Shown here in pieces: positions 50,617 through 62,911 of a DNA stretch of 64,000 bases (positions are counted from its first letter, which is position 1; the number at the start of each line of letters is the position of its first letter). The position numbers and the translations under genes were made by a program. The notes below the pieces were generated by a model that saw only the letters and a list, made by a program, of their open reading frames with translations, searched no databases and had not been told where the DNA came from. This stretch comes from Dipteris shenzhenensis (lineage: Eukaryota): the NCBI GenBank assembly GCA_047967505.1, contig CM106538.1, one strand, 5' to 3'.

Positions 50617-52703
50617 GCAGTTTGGTGGTGGTGTGCTCTCTCCTTTCTTTTTGTTCAGTTTCGGCTGCACTCTCATATGGTATCAGGGCCAAGGTTTGGC
50701 TGAAGAGCTGAGACGTGGAAGGGAACTAGGAACCAGCGAATTGCTTGGAGTTTAGTGCTGCTGTTCGGAGGTGTCTGAAGAGGAGTGTGCAAAGGTGTGG
50801 ACTGTTTAGGTGTCCAGCAAAGGGTGGTGTTTGAAGGGTGTTTTCAGATCCAGAAGGAGGTGTTTCGAGGGATGGGACAGTGAAGGCATGAAGGTGCCTT
50901 AGGCTTCGAGCCTCTTCATTGTCTTCTCCAGCCCTCTCCTATCTTTCTCCTTCAATCCCCTTCTCTACTCTCCTCATCCACTGTCCTTTCTTTGTCCTAC
51001 TCTTGCTTTTCTCCGACATGGCTACCCTGGCTAAGATGGTGGAGAGCAAGGTGAAAATTCTCGTATTACTCCCCTTTCCCTTGGACTATCAATTGGATGG
51101 GCTCAATTATGGTTTATGGTGGATTATGATGGAGTCCATCTTGCAGTCATATGATTTAGCAGATTTCATTTTTGTGGGGGTGCCCAGACTAGCTTCCTAG
51201 GGATCCTGGAGCAGGAGGAGGCCGAGATCATGTCTCAGCTCTGGACTCGGGTCAGACTCGGGTCAATGCGAGGGTATGTTCATTCATTTTCCTAAACTGT
51301 ACTCCTCAAGTTATGATCATGTAGAGCACATTATGATAGTAAAAAATATTTGGGAGCACTTGGCGTCCTTGTAGAGGGTGTGTTGGAAGGTCAAATGAGC
51401 TTGTTGGATCCCACGAAGTCTTCATTGATGCGGGAGCACACCAACAAACTCCAGGAGCTTCAGCAATAAATTCTTTAGGTGGGGAAGGAGACATCATCTA
51501 AGGACGTGGCCATTACATTGCTGTCCCACTTGTGTTCCCTGTACTTTACCTTTTACTCGTCCTTAATTACCAATGGAAGGATGAATACGTGGACCTAGGA
51601 GGAGTTGGTACCCATGGTGCTTGACCAGAAGGAGAGATTTTAGAGTCTTCCAGGGCAGTAGCTTAGAGACCTTGGTAGCTGAGCAGAAGGGAAATGCAGA
51701 AAGGGAAGCTCTCAAGGCTTCACGCACGTGTAGTCATTGTGGCCAGAAGGGTCACTATTGGTGGCAGTGTCCTCTGAGAAAAAGTGAGAGGACTGGTCGA
51801 CGGTTAGAGAAGACGGAAGCTAACTCTGCTGCTATCACTGCCTTCTAGCAGCACACGGCAGGATGCGCCGCCAGTAGGCATTTTGGTTGCAGATGAAGGA
51901 TTGCTTGCTTGTGTGTGGCTGCTGGATGGTGCAGTGGCGGATTGTTTTTGTTCGAGGCTGGCTTTGAGGCAGGACCTCAAGCCATATGGAGTTGTTCGCG
52001 CTGACTCGGGTGGCCATTTGTATATCAATATGTATTAGTTTGGATGCTATGACCTGGCAGACCTAGAGGGGGTTTCCTCAGTGTTTTTCTACAACTGTTG
52101 TATGATGAGCTGTTGGAAACCCGGATGGTTCAGCTGATTGCTAGTGCGGGATTCTAGACACCGCAGTTTGATCTTAGTGAGTAATTTGGATGCCCATTGT
52201 TTTTGGAGCACAACGGTTCATCGATCTGGCGTCAGTCTACTTGTTTGGACCCGAGAGGGGGCTGTGTAGCTTAGTGATGCAGTGGCCATGTTGGAAAGCA
52301 GATCTTGCACGGCAGCATCAGTATTGTGCAATAGTGCTTTGGATTGAATGCAATAGATGGTAGCATTGAATACATGTCTTTATGGTCTTATGCAATAGTG
52401 CTTTGGATTCAACGCTAGATGGTATCATATTCTGGCAGCTTGCAAAGGAGTGACTTTAAAAAAGATGTACCTCTTGCTTGTTCTTGAGTTTGGTGCCTTA
52501 CATTAGAAGATAGGCTTCAGTTAGGGTTTCAACAGATTTTTGGGATTAATTGATTATTATGAAAATCAATGTGAACTCTTGATTCAGGTAATCTTCTCAA
52601 TCGGACACTTGGCTTGCTCAAGAAAAATTGCAACTCCCTTATTGGTGTGGATTCTGTGTCGTTGCCTAATGACAACCCTGTGAACATAGTGGCAGCTGAA
52701 GCA
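30985..52703 (+). CDS. OVA1: Organellar methionyl-tRNA synthetase (MetRS1/OVA1-like), exons 1-9, 473 codons; 3' exons beyond the window
   Basis: join(30985-31326, 31486-31629, 31755-31904, 37896-38063, 38472-38596, 40659-40752, 40900-40998, 48906-49086, 52588-52703) gives an open frame. It has a transit-peptide-like N-terminus, [15 protein letters not shown] (HIGH), GTDEHG, a CxxC...CxxH knuckle, YVWFDAL, GKDILRFH and KMGKS. Confidence 0.95.
31486..31629 (+). CDS. OVA1: MetRS exon 2
   Basis: [22 protein letters not shown]...LWKD|GT. Confidence 0.93.
31755..31904 (+). CDS. OVA1: MetRS exon 3
   Basis: [15 protein letters not shown]...[11 protein letters not shown]. Confidence 0.93.
32904..34062 (-). 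mobile_element. Solo LTR (1,159 bp) in intron 3
   Basis: Termini TGTTAGAAA...TTTCCAACA with a perfect 5-bp TSD GAGGC on both sides. TATA-like TATAAAAGG on minus near 33603-33612; strand is inferred from this. Confidence 0.85.
34750..35980 (-). mobile_element. Decayed LINE fragment (RT and C-terminal Cys/His region)
   Basis: [13 protein letters not shown] (35403-35609) and [18 protein letters not shown] (34978-35307). Boundaries approximate. Confidence 0.7.
35980..36240. repeat. Partial LTR related to the solo LTR at 32904-34062
   Basis: The end CCTCATTTGGGGGCTCACAAGTGGGTCAGTGACTTCTAACA parallels 34020-34062. Confidence 0.55.
36500..37640 (+). mobile_element. Internally deleted Copia remnant (gag plus short 3' pol pieces), same family as 55084-58915
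   Basis: ORF 36903-37610 ([29 protein letters not shown]...TFEELGPL) is closely similar to gag 55774-56523. Confidence 0.8.
37896..38063 (+). CDS. OVA1: MetRS exon 4
   Basis: [21 protein letters not shown]...FRLNE|GTAAG. Confidence 0.93.
38472..38596 (+). CDS. OVA1: MetRS exon 5
   Basis: [19 protein letters not shown]...[14 protein letters not shown], phase 2. Confidence 0.93.
40659..40752 (+). CDS. OVA1: MetRS exon 6
   Basis: CAG|(G)YISALL...[15 protein letters not shown]. Confidence 0.93.
40900..40998 (+). CDS. OVA1: MetRS exon 7, ending at a GC donor
   Basis: [17 protein letters not shown]...[14 protein letters not shown]. Confidence 0.92.
43570..44080 (+). mobile_element. Probable L1-type LINE 3' fragment
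   Basis: ORF 43645-43869 ([20 protein letters not shown]) resembles the W..W..RN-type C-terminus of plant L1 ORF2. Confidence 0.5.
44128..45048 (+). mobile_element. 5'-truncated RTE-X-like LINE with a (TTTC)n tail
   Basis: C-terminal remnant ISLGQF.VSSH.L.IESGR...RICTLC. The 3' end reads AATAAAC(TTTC)n. TSD CATATCA(C/T)AG at 44118-44127 and 45049-45058. Confidence 0.8.
46620..47150 (+). mobile_element. Gypsy aspartic-protease fragment
   Basis: [14 protein letters not shown]...LIVKLADG...EPL, followed by an ILG.PFL-like motif. Confidence 0.7.
47210..48530 (-). mobile_element. RTE-X-like LINE fragment (RT plus C-terminal zinc finger)
   Basis: [20 protein letters not shown]...[10 protein letters not shown] and [17 protein letters not shown]...RICTLC...[13 protein letters not shown]. 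Confidence 0.9.
48906..49086 (+). CDS. OVA1: MetRS exon 8 (KMSKS-like motif)
   Basis: [14 protein letters not shown]...AHLANTI(G)|GTAAGT. Confidence 0.95.
49690..49952 (-). mobile_element. Copia RNase H C-terminal fragment with a purine tract
   Basis: [12 protein letters not shown]...[29 protein letters not shown]. Confidence 0.8.
49953..52265 (+). mobile_element. Decayed Gag-only-like LTR element: 5' LTR (49953-50675), PBS, gag and PPT; 3' LTR missing
   Basis: TGTTGG...CA, then TGGTATCAGGGC at 50678. Gag remnant LDGLNYGLW...[14 protein letters not shown] with a stop at 51848. GAGAGGGGG lies about 400 bp later, with no recognisable pol in between. Confidence 0.65.
52588..52703 (+). CDS. OVA1: MetRS exon 9
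   Basis: CAG|(G)[14 protein letters not shown]...VAAEA|GTAAGT. Confidence 0.92.
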
Positions 52704-53776
52704 GTAAGTTTTCCATGTGAATTACATTCTATTTATGCTTCAATTTGGATTCTTTTAATGTACTGGGATTGAATAAATGTTTGACAAATCTCTAATAATG
52801 TGTGACAGGCATTAAACGCTTAGACATTTGTCTTGATGACTGGGTATGAGAGCAATTTCTGTCTTTCTGTTTTTCTTCCGACCTAGTGTGACTTTGTGAC
52901 CTTGAGTCATGCTTATGATTGGTGCTCTGTACTATTCTAGTATCAAATTTATCACTAGAATGGCATGGCCTATGTTAATGAAGCCAATTGTGAGATTCTA
53001 AGTTGAAAAGGGGCATTTGGGGCTATTAGTGCAGCCTTAGCTTGAGTCTCTTGCTGTGACGGTGGCAGGGCAGCACCTTTGGCGTGGTCGTGAGTTGGCA
53101 TGATGGTGAGTTTGTGGGCATCATGCTTATGATGAGCATTGACTTGTCTTAATTCTGCATATTTATATTAAAAGGGGTAGATTTTAAAACAACAAGAATT
53201 CTAAATTTGTACGATTGGATATATTCGAGTCTTACAAAGGTATATATATATGATTTTAGGTCAATGGGACTAGCTGTTGTCATCTATTTGATCAATGATG
53301 TCCTCAGGAGACTTTTGTGTGACAGCTTAAGTTTGACTGACAAATTGCCAACGTAGTCCTAAAAAAACTGCTGTTCTAGCTGATGTGTATCCCTATACCC
53401 ATATAGTGTAAGATGAACTTCTGAGGTCTGTTTCTGCAACTTAGATTACTTTGTGTAACTCCTGAGCTATTTAGATGGATGCTACAGCATGTTGTAAAGG
53501 CTTTTGGGTTAATCCTTAAACAAACATAGCTCTTGCAATGCAAAAATGCTCCTGGTTTTGATGTCTTTGACCTGCACATCCTACAAATCAATCCTGTTGG
53601 CCTGATTCCATAAGGGCATTAAATCTAGCCTACACTTTGCCTATTTGCTGCGACATCCCAAAGACTGGGTTGATACCTTTGTTAATAAAAGAAGCAATGT
53701 TTGGCACCAGGGTGAAAATGCTCCCCAAATTGGCTCAGTCACAAATTTTTTGATGGCACATTGAGCCAGTTTTCCA

Positions 53777-54138
53777 ATGGATGCGGTAACAGCAATCAGA
53801 TGTTCTCTGTTCGGATCATTACTATCGTCTTTTTGCTTGCAAATGTTATGCACAACTCGACAGGAGTTCCCTACCGTCATTGACATTCTCTGGCTCATGA
53901 TGTCTTCATGGTGGTGTGCAATCACAGAGAATGGATGCGGTAACAGCAATCAGATGTTCTCTGTTTGGATCATTACTGTGGTCTTTTTGCTTGCAAAAAA
54001 TTATATGTACAGTGGCTGCATCACTGGGGATTCTTTAGAGATGTTATGCACGACTCTTGACAGGAGATCCCTACCATCATTGACGTTCTCTGGCTCATGA
54101 TGGCTCCATGGTAGTGTGCACTCACAGAGAATGGCTGC
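53777..54138. repeat. Tandem duplication (154-bp and 200-bp units)
   Basis: ATGGATGCGGTAACAGCAATCAGATG... begins at both 53777 and 53931. The second copy has about 45 extra bp. Confidence 0.9.
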
Positions 54139-55083
54139 TCTTAATGGCATTTTACAGAAAATCGCTTGTGCACATGATTGAAATTTTATCTAAAGAGGAG
54201 GATCTATCCTGACCTACAAAGGAAAACACCATATAAATGTTTCGCTTGGTCAGAAGGTTCCTATAGTGCTCTCTCACCAAAAATAAATATTTTCTTAGCA
54301 AATAAGACATGGATGCTGACCTGGTGGGAGCTTATTTCTTTGGATGGCATGTCATGCCTGTGGTCCGTTGTTTTGTTTGCAGTCATTCATACAATATGCA
54401 TGCTAGGAATTGAGTTGTGCTTCTGCGGACAAGTATGAAAATTTATAAAAAATGAGGGTTAGCAAAAATGTAAAAAAGACCCCTGCCTCGAATGCACATG
54501 TTTTAGCTCAATAACAAGAACAGAGGCTGATTTACAAGCAAAGTTGAATCGAATGCATCATGTGTACTAGCAAAAACCTCTAAGCAAGTCTTATCCGAGT
54601 GTGAGATCTTAAAAATATTATTTCTTTAGGAAACATGGTTTTTGCTTTCACTAGAACTAGATCCCTTTATCATAAGAATATATAGAATAGTCAGTCATTC
54701 ACTTCCACATAAGTAAATTCTCTTGTTCATAGACATCCTTTGTACCCTTATAATTACCTAGCAAGGGTGTTAAAAAGGAATTTCACATCCCTTACAATCA
54801 CTCATAATGTAATAATATTATACATATATAACTACTTATTAAACGCATTTATATCAATATGACAAGAGATTCCTAGTGTATTTATAGCATAAATAGCAAG
54901 ATATTTATGGATTTGTTTCTAAAAAAGTTAAAATTACTATGAATAAATATTAAACTTGGGCTCATATATCTATTCCTAAAAAGTAATATTTAAGACTATA
55001 TATCCAAGATTTTGTAAAATATAACCCTATAAATGTTCTCAAATAGCATTTTTTCAATTTGAGTGGTTGAATGACTACATTTG

Positions 55084-58000
55084 TGTTAGAATTCGTGGTT
55101 AATGCCCCACATGTTTTGCCCCCCCATTTATGAGGAGAAGGGCAAGGGGCTTAGGCGGTTAGAAGGGGGAGTGATTGAGAGGGGGTCGCTGACCGGTCAA
55201 GGTCAATGCCTGGTGGCCAAGGTCAATGGTTGGTGGTCAAGGTCAATGGTCGGTGGCCAAGGTCAATGGTCGGTGGTCAATCCACCACCCCTTTGCGGCC
55301 TCTCCCCTCTATTATATAAAGCCCCCTTCCCCCTCACTATCACATAGCACTCAAGCCTTCAGCCTTTCACCACTGAAGTTGATCCAGCAGCGCGCACTTA
55401 GTAGGGAGAAGGCGACTTGTCTAGCTCACCGTTGGTGGAAGAAGATTGCAGCAACTGCTGCTCTTTGTAGCTACTCCTCTTGCAGCCTTTTGCCGTTCAT
55501 TCTAGGAGGAGGAACTTGTTCAGTTTTGCCATCTCCTTTGTTACTTTGTTGTTGCACTTTTGTTGAGTTGTTTTCTAGCAAGTATTCATCTCTTTTGCTT
55601 CCGCTGTACCGTGATTTCTAACATGGTATCAGAGCCCATGTTCTAGGGCTCACTTGGGAGCATGAAGGAAGGGACTAACACGCGATAATCTTCGCCGAAG
55701 ACGGTCCCGGTTCAAGTATTACTTGCTGCCCTTGCTGTCCGAACAGTAAGGAAGAAGATTTCTACTTCCAAACATGTCGACAAAAGCCTCATCCACGATT
55801 GCCCCCTCTCCCTCTTCTTCTCATCTTCCTTCTTCCTTCATCCCCAACTTTGGAGAAAGCAGGAAGCTCGATGGTACCAACTACCCGATATGGAAGGTGA
55901 AGATCCGGAGTCATCTTGTGGCCCGGAAACTATGGAGGCTCGTCACGGGAGGTGATCCAAGGCTGGTAGACACCTTGGACAGCAAAGGAAACATAGTTAC
56001 CCTGGCGGATCCGGATGATCTCGAGTATTGGGAAGACCGAGATGCTCAAGTTCTTGCCATGCTTATTGGGACGACGGCAGACACGGTCATCCCACATATC
56101 CAGATGGCAGAGACTTCTGTAGAGGCATGGGCAATTTTGAAAGACCTCTACGAGACGGACAAAACGGCCTGCATCCTCACTCTCCAGCATCAACTTCACA
56201 ACATGGATATGAGTGAGGGAGACAAAGTACACGACCGGCTGACGAAGGTGAAGGTTGTGAGAGACCAACTTGCGGCAGTTGGTCAAAAGGTGGATTCAAG
56301 CCAGTTGGCATTGATGGTGCTACATAAGCTACCCAGGAGCTTCAAAGGTTTCGTGACGATGGTCACAACAGGTCAAAGAACAAAGCCCGTGACTTTTGAA
56401 GAGCTTTGCCCTCTTCTCATCCAGGAGGAGGCTAGAGAGGATTTGTACTCCCAGGCAGACGAGAGAGTCCTAACTCTGAAGGACAGGTCCGGCAAGGGCA
56501 AGTCCAAGGACTTCCACGACTAACGATTAGGAGCGCAAGAACATGAAATGCCTCTATTGTGAGAAGCCTGGTCATATGGCGAAGGAATGCCGCAAGAAGA
56601 AGGCAGACCTAAAGCGAAAGAAGCAGAACAAGGACAAGGAGGAGTCAAGCGGGGAGGTGGCAAATGTTACCACAGAGAAGCTCTTCATGATCTCATAAAC
56701 ATGCTATGCTCTCTTGGTAGGAGAGAACAACAATGGCTGGTTCGTGGACAGCGGTGCCTTGAAACACATGTCCTTCGAAAAGGATTGGTTCACCACCATG
56801 GAGTCTACTCATCCAAGCTTTAAAGTAATGGTGGGGGACAGCAGAACGTGCCCGGTCAAAGGTGTTGGAAGTATTCCTTTCGTCACGATCTCTGGCGAAG
56901 AGAAGGTAATATCTGGTGTACTTTATGTTCTTGGCTTATGCAAAAACCTTCTCTCTGTGAGCGAGATGGACTAGCATCAAATGTCGGTTCTCTTCAACAA
57001 AGGTCAAGTCACAGTAAAGACCAAGGACGGAAAGGTGGTTGCTAGAGGAGTACAGGATCATTGTATCCACTCAATGCCCTACTTGTTCATGGAGATCAAG
57101 GCCGGTCCAAACTCTGGCACGAATGGTTCGGGCATGTGAATTATGGCACTTTGACCGACATGCAGAAGACCAAAATGGTGGATGGACTTCCGCCAATCAC
57201 AGGCAAAGTTGGTGTCTGTCGAGCTTGCTTGGAGGGCAAGCAGCATTGAGAGAAGTTTCCTCAGGAGGCTTCATCCAGGTTTAAGGCCCCTCTAGAGTTG
57301 GTCCATTCCGACTTATGTGGACCGATGTCAACAAACTCCTTCGCAGGTTCAAGGTATTCTCTTTTATTTGTTGACGACTTCAGCAAGATGACTTGGGTTT
57401 ACTGTATTTGCGAAGAAATTTTAGAGCTTTGAAAAGTTTAAGGAATGGAAGGAAAAGGTGGAGAAAGAAACAGGGAGGCAGGTCAAGGCTTTCCGTACCG
57501 ATTGGGGAGGCGAGTTTACATCAACTGAATTCAACAGCTTCTGCAAAACACATGGAATCAAGCAACAATTGACTACAGCTAGGACTTCTTAGCAAAATGG
57601 TGTAGCTGAAAGGAAACACAGGACCTCAGTTGAGATGGGATTGACTATGTTGCAAGGCAAGAATCTTGTCAAAGCCTATTGGGGTGAAGCCCTTGCAACC
57701 GCAATTCATATTCTCAACCGGACGAGGACAAAGGATGTGGAACACATGACTCCATACGAGGCATACTATGATAAGAAACCAACAATCTCTCACTTACGGA
57801 TTTTTGGTTCTAACGCCTATGTTCATGTGCACAAGGATGAACGGAAGGAGCTTGATCCCAAAAGCCAGCACTGCATCTTTGTTGGCTACAGTGAAGAGTC
57901 TATGGCATACAGACTCTTTGACCCCAAGAAGAAGTAGATCATTGTCAGCTGAGATGTGGTGTTTGAGGAGACATTGCCAGAGACAGTTGATGATGATCAG

Positions 58001-58915
58001 GAATTCAAAGCTCTTCCCCCTCCCCCACTCAAAGTTGTCATTGAGGAGGTCCCCCAGGAGGCCCTAGAAGCCGAAGACGAGGAGGAGGAGCAACCAGCTC
58101 CAATACCCACTTTAGAGGATCCTTAGCCAGCGAGGAAACTCCCAAAGTGGTATCTCAGGACTTTACAGGAGTCCCGAGTGACAGATATACCTGAGAGCAG
58201 TTCTGGCCTTCGGAGGTCCCAACGGCATGCTTCGGCTTCATTTGCTTGCTATGCGTTGGTGACTCAGGTCACAGAACCTACGTCCTTTGAGGAGGCCAAG
58301 GACATCCCAGAGTGGCAGGCGGCCATTCAGACAGAGATGGACACCATCCAGAAGAACCACACATGGGAGTTGGTGGATCGACCTCGCAAGAGGAACGTCA
58401 TCGGAACCAAATGGGTCTACAAGCAGAAGTTCAAGTCCGACGGGAACTTAGACAAATACAAAGCTAGATTGGTGGTGAAGGGATATGCTCAGTCAGAGGG
58501 TCTTGACTTTGATAAGACCTTTGCCCCACTGCTCGGATGACATCGATCCAAACAGTCATAGCTTTGGCTGCACATCACAGTTGGTCCATCTTTCAGATGG
58601 ATGTCAAATCTGCATTCCTTAATGGAACCCTGGAGGAGGAGGTTTATGTTGAGCAACCCCCAGGGTTTCATGTTCCAGGGTCCACATCACAGGTTTGCAG
58701 ATTGAGGAAGGCACTATACGGGCTGAAACAGGCCCCCAGAGCATGGTTCCAGTGGATAGATGAGTTCTTTGATAGGATTGGGCTCGAGAGGAGTCCTTTT
58801 GATCCCAACCTCTACTTCTTCATTGAGGGAGGGATGATGCTAGTTATCATTGTGTATGTGGATGATCTCGTGCTCACAGGGAATCACAAGGACAGAATAG
58901 CCCAAGTCAAGAATG
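55084..58915 (+). mobile_element. Ty1/Copia retrotransposon, 3'-truncated within RT
   Basis: LTR 55084-55623 (TGTTAGAA...TTCTAACA) and PBS TGGTATCAGAGC. Gag from 55774, PR WFVDSGA, INT LWHEWFGH/VHSDLCGP, RT KARLVVKGY, QMDVKSAFLNG and VYVDDL. The sequence breaks after this and no 3' LTR is seen. Confidence 0.93.
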
Positions 58916-61900
58916 TTTTTATTGGGAAACCAGTGGCATGTCATGCCCTTGTTCAGTTGTATCTTTTGCAGTCATTTACTGAGAAAGTGCACAGGAAGTT
59001 AAACAATGTAATGTGGTGGCCATTGTAAATGTTTGTATTTTTGCATCCGGATCCTTTATTGCAGGTGATGCTTGTAATATTGATGCTATCCATGACTTTC
59101 CTATAATTTTCGAGTCTTCTCCCTTAAGTTGGCTATTCCCAAGTTGACACTGTTTTAAGCACCAATAAAATAAGAAGTGCATATGTCTCAAGCATGAACT
59201 TTCATATACCTATTTGGCAGAATGCATGTTATTGGAGAATAGTCACCCTAAATTTGGCCTTTTAGAGGTCGAGGGTCATAACATTGGTAAAAATTGGATG
59301 TGTGATGCTATGCGATTTGTAAAATTCATCTAAAATTTGATGATTACCTTTGTTTTGAAAAGGCATAGCCTGCATCAGACTTCTCATGCAAATTTGTGAA
59401 ACCAAATATTTCAAACTGATCTGCAGCCAAACAGAAAAAGTCATGGACTACTATTTCTGTTCTGGTTTGCCTACTGGTATCTCTATAACTACTTAAAGCT
59501 CTTGATAGTGTTGCGTTGAACTGAGAACATAGTGTTGTTAAGCTGTTTTGTATATTGTTTTACTTTGCTTTGATATAAGTTCCACATAGTCTCCTTCACA
59601 AATGCTTAAACCATGCCACGAGAATCTCAAAAAGACATCTGGCAGTGGTTGTCATTTCATATATATTAGGCAATATCTCCCAGGCATGCCTAAGTAGACT
59701 ACTGCATTTGGACTTCAAACTCATTTTCTCATAAAGAGCAATAATAATCATTGCTCCTCCATCTTTCTATTGCCTCTCTCAAGGTTTTGAATATCTGCTT
59801 TTGTTGCCTTTCTGCTACCTCTAGCTTCTTATCCTTTGCCCTCTACCATTCTTTACACATTTTAGCCACAATTATACACACACAAAAATTTCTTGCTTTC
59901 TAGCTCAAGGTTTGGAGTACTTGTCTTGCATCTATCTCCCAACCTTGTACCAACTGCAGAGAAATGCAACCAAAAAACTTCGCTATAAAATTTCTCTGTT
60001 GCTATGATAGGTACAACAAAGTCTTGAATAGAGCTCATGCGGCTTGCTTGTTGTGAGTGCACTGTCCTGCACCTATTCCCCAACACTGTAGCAAATATAG
60101 ATAAAATGCAAGAGAGGAGGCACAAGACCTAACGGTAATTCAAAATGCATCTTTGCTCTGATCAGTACAGCACAATCTTGAATTCAGCTTGTATGAATGG
60201 TTTACCAAAGGTGACAGTTTAGAAGAGCTGCAAAATGCCTTCTTTCCCTGTGTTTTAGGTGGCTTCCAAAATAACGGGCTGCTGGAGAAACTGCACTTGA
60301 TTTGTGTGCAGCCTTCAGAATTAGACCAATTTGTGTGCAAGATGCACACATGTGACAAACAATGCAGTTTTCCCCAATCTAGTACTTTTTGAGCTTCTGC
60401 CTCAAGCTACCTGCAAATAAATCTTGTATGCACAACTGTGCCTATTCCATACAGCTGCACAGCTTCACAGCTTCACACGTGAGAGGATGCTGCTAATGTG
60501 GGATCTGTGCACAGCAATAAATGCTGTTTCCAATTATCAAATGCAATCAATGCAGCCACTTACTATTTGCTGCTGTTCTGATGTCGAATTTGCTGAACGT
60601 GCGGCTGACACCTGCCTTGGGCTGAATGTTAAGAGAGAATCTTCCATTTAGGGATGTTTCCTGCAATCAGCCTCGGATGCTGTTGTCCCTTCGCAAAAGA
60701 TATCTAGTTCAAACCGCCTCTTGATGCAAAGCCTTGGGATGCGAGCTTGATAAGAAATCCCTGAATTCATGCTGATTTGCTTTTTTTGCAGCCTGGAAAT
60801 GGCTGAAATTGGCTGCAGGTGTTCTTGTATATTGAAAAGTATAGTTCTTTTTTCCTCCTCACAGTATTGCTTGCGAAGGATTATTGACCATAGTTTTTTT
60901 GCAGGAGGACAGCCTGGCAAGATTCATGAGTGTGGGGAGGCATGGCTCTAATTTGGTAGGTTAGCATTACAAAAATCTAAAAAATGACAATCTTAACAAG
61001 AAGTGAAATGAATTGAATTCACAATAGTAAATGCTAGAATGAGGCAATGTATACGCTTTAAGCCTTTCAAGATGAGGTTAATACAAAATTCTAATTTAAA
61101 ATGCATCTAAGAGGACATGTTGCAGAGGATGCACCATATGCATATGTTCGAAAGCTCTTTGAAAGGGCTGTCCAGCCATCAATTTAGAGGTATATTTATC
61201 ATATCATAATAAGATGGGAAAAACATGTTGAATGCATAGCTATCCTATATGAGATTCACATGGCATTATCCTTCACTAATTGAGTTTCTAATGGTTTATC
61301 TGGATACAGAGATGCTACATACATTACCCACCCCCTAGCTCTATACTGTAATGATCATTTGTAATAATAATTCGAATGTTTCCTATCTCCTTGTCTAACC
61401 CTACACTCCCTCTTCCTACTCCTCCTGGCTCCTTCCCACTCCCCTCGTCCATTCTCACTGCAGCCTGCTTTTAAACGTACATGCTACATATGAGAGGATA
61501 GCTTGCATGCATGATAGGAATCTCAACTAGTAGAGAGCTTCGAATTTAGAAGCATGTGGTTAATTGAGATACAAGACAAGGTTTATGAGTTCTTTGCATG
61601 ATGCAGATTTGATGTGAAAGTATCTCCTTAATAAAAAATGGCTTAAAATGATGTGTAGTCAGGGCAACTAATGACTTCAGGCCCACTAAGGATTCACCAA
61701 GGAACCACTCTTTGCATCACAAATAATGATTTTATTTTTTCCCATTCTGACTTCACAGCAAATGGTGAGTGTGTGTGCAGGCGTGTGCATGTGTCTTGAT
61801 GTTTCTTCTCAAATTGAGCTTCATAAAGTAGAGATTAGCTTAGCTCAACAGCCTCCCAGTTGAGCTAACTTTTCAAGTCTAATAAATGGGATGCTGGCTT

Positions 61901-62911
61901 CTGGACCAATTTCACTTCTAGACACTGTTATAGTATCTCATTGTATATTTAGAAGTTTGGGTTACATTGCTCAAGGAAGCGATGGCTTCTTCCTCATTGT
62001 CACTTCAAAATGCATCGATTGTTAGATATTAGCCAACAGACCTACTACTGGTTTGCAGCTGAAAGTAGATGAACAAAAGAACTTCAAACTAGCTGTGCTC
62101 TTGCATAAAAAATGTGCGCAAGTACACAGACTGACATCTTTCCTAGAACAACAAATAACTACTTTAATACATGCTCCTCTGAATCATAGGTAAAATACAA
62201 GCTGCTTTGTACTCAGCTTCTATCGAAGAAATAGTGATGGTACGTTTCTTCTTGCAAAGCCACACGATGGCCCTTGACCCCAATACAAAGCAATAATTTG
62301 AGTGGACTGTTTTGTTCCAAATCACCAGTTCATACTAAATCATAGTATCCACTCAAAGTGCTGTCCTTTTGCAAGCGATCTTATAGCTGCATTTACGTTG
62401 AGATACTTGAGTATTCTCATGGACACGTGGAGAGTCTTCAACAAGCTGCCCTCACTTCAGCACCACTCATCACCAATGCTTGCAAGGCACTTATAGACAT
62501 ACTCTGCACATTGACACAGCTATACTCCTTGATTTGGCATTAGGGGGCAGATAATATTTAGAGTAGACAGATTCAGTGGCTGGGTATCTTGTCAGGCACC
62601 TTATAGATTATTTGTATCCTCTGCAACCACAGAGGAGAGAGAGTTTTTATGAGATGGTAGAGGGTTAGAGACTATTCAAATAGACACTCCATATGATCAG
62701 GCTAGTTGGCTTCAATGATGGCCAATACATAGATCCTCACCCCTATCTTATCATGGGTAATCCATAGAGTCTTTGGCTTTATGATAAATGCCCTTCTAGC
62801 ACCTACCATGGGAATCAACAAGCGTGGTGATGGATTGATGCAGTGTCTCCCATGGGACATGCTTCTTCTTCGACTTCTAAGTCAGCAATGCTAGACGAGC
62901 TACAAAGGATA

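Noticed and set aside
58916-60950. Coding-like minus-strand stretches after the truncated Copia
   Set aside because: Frequent stops and no recognisable motif, so it cannot be assigned.
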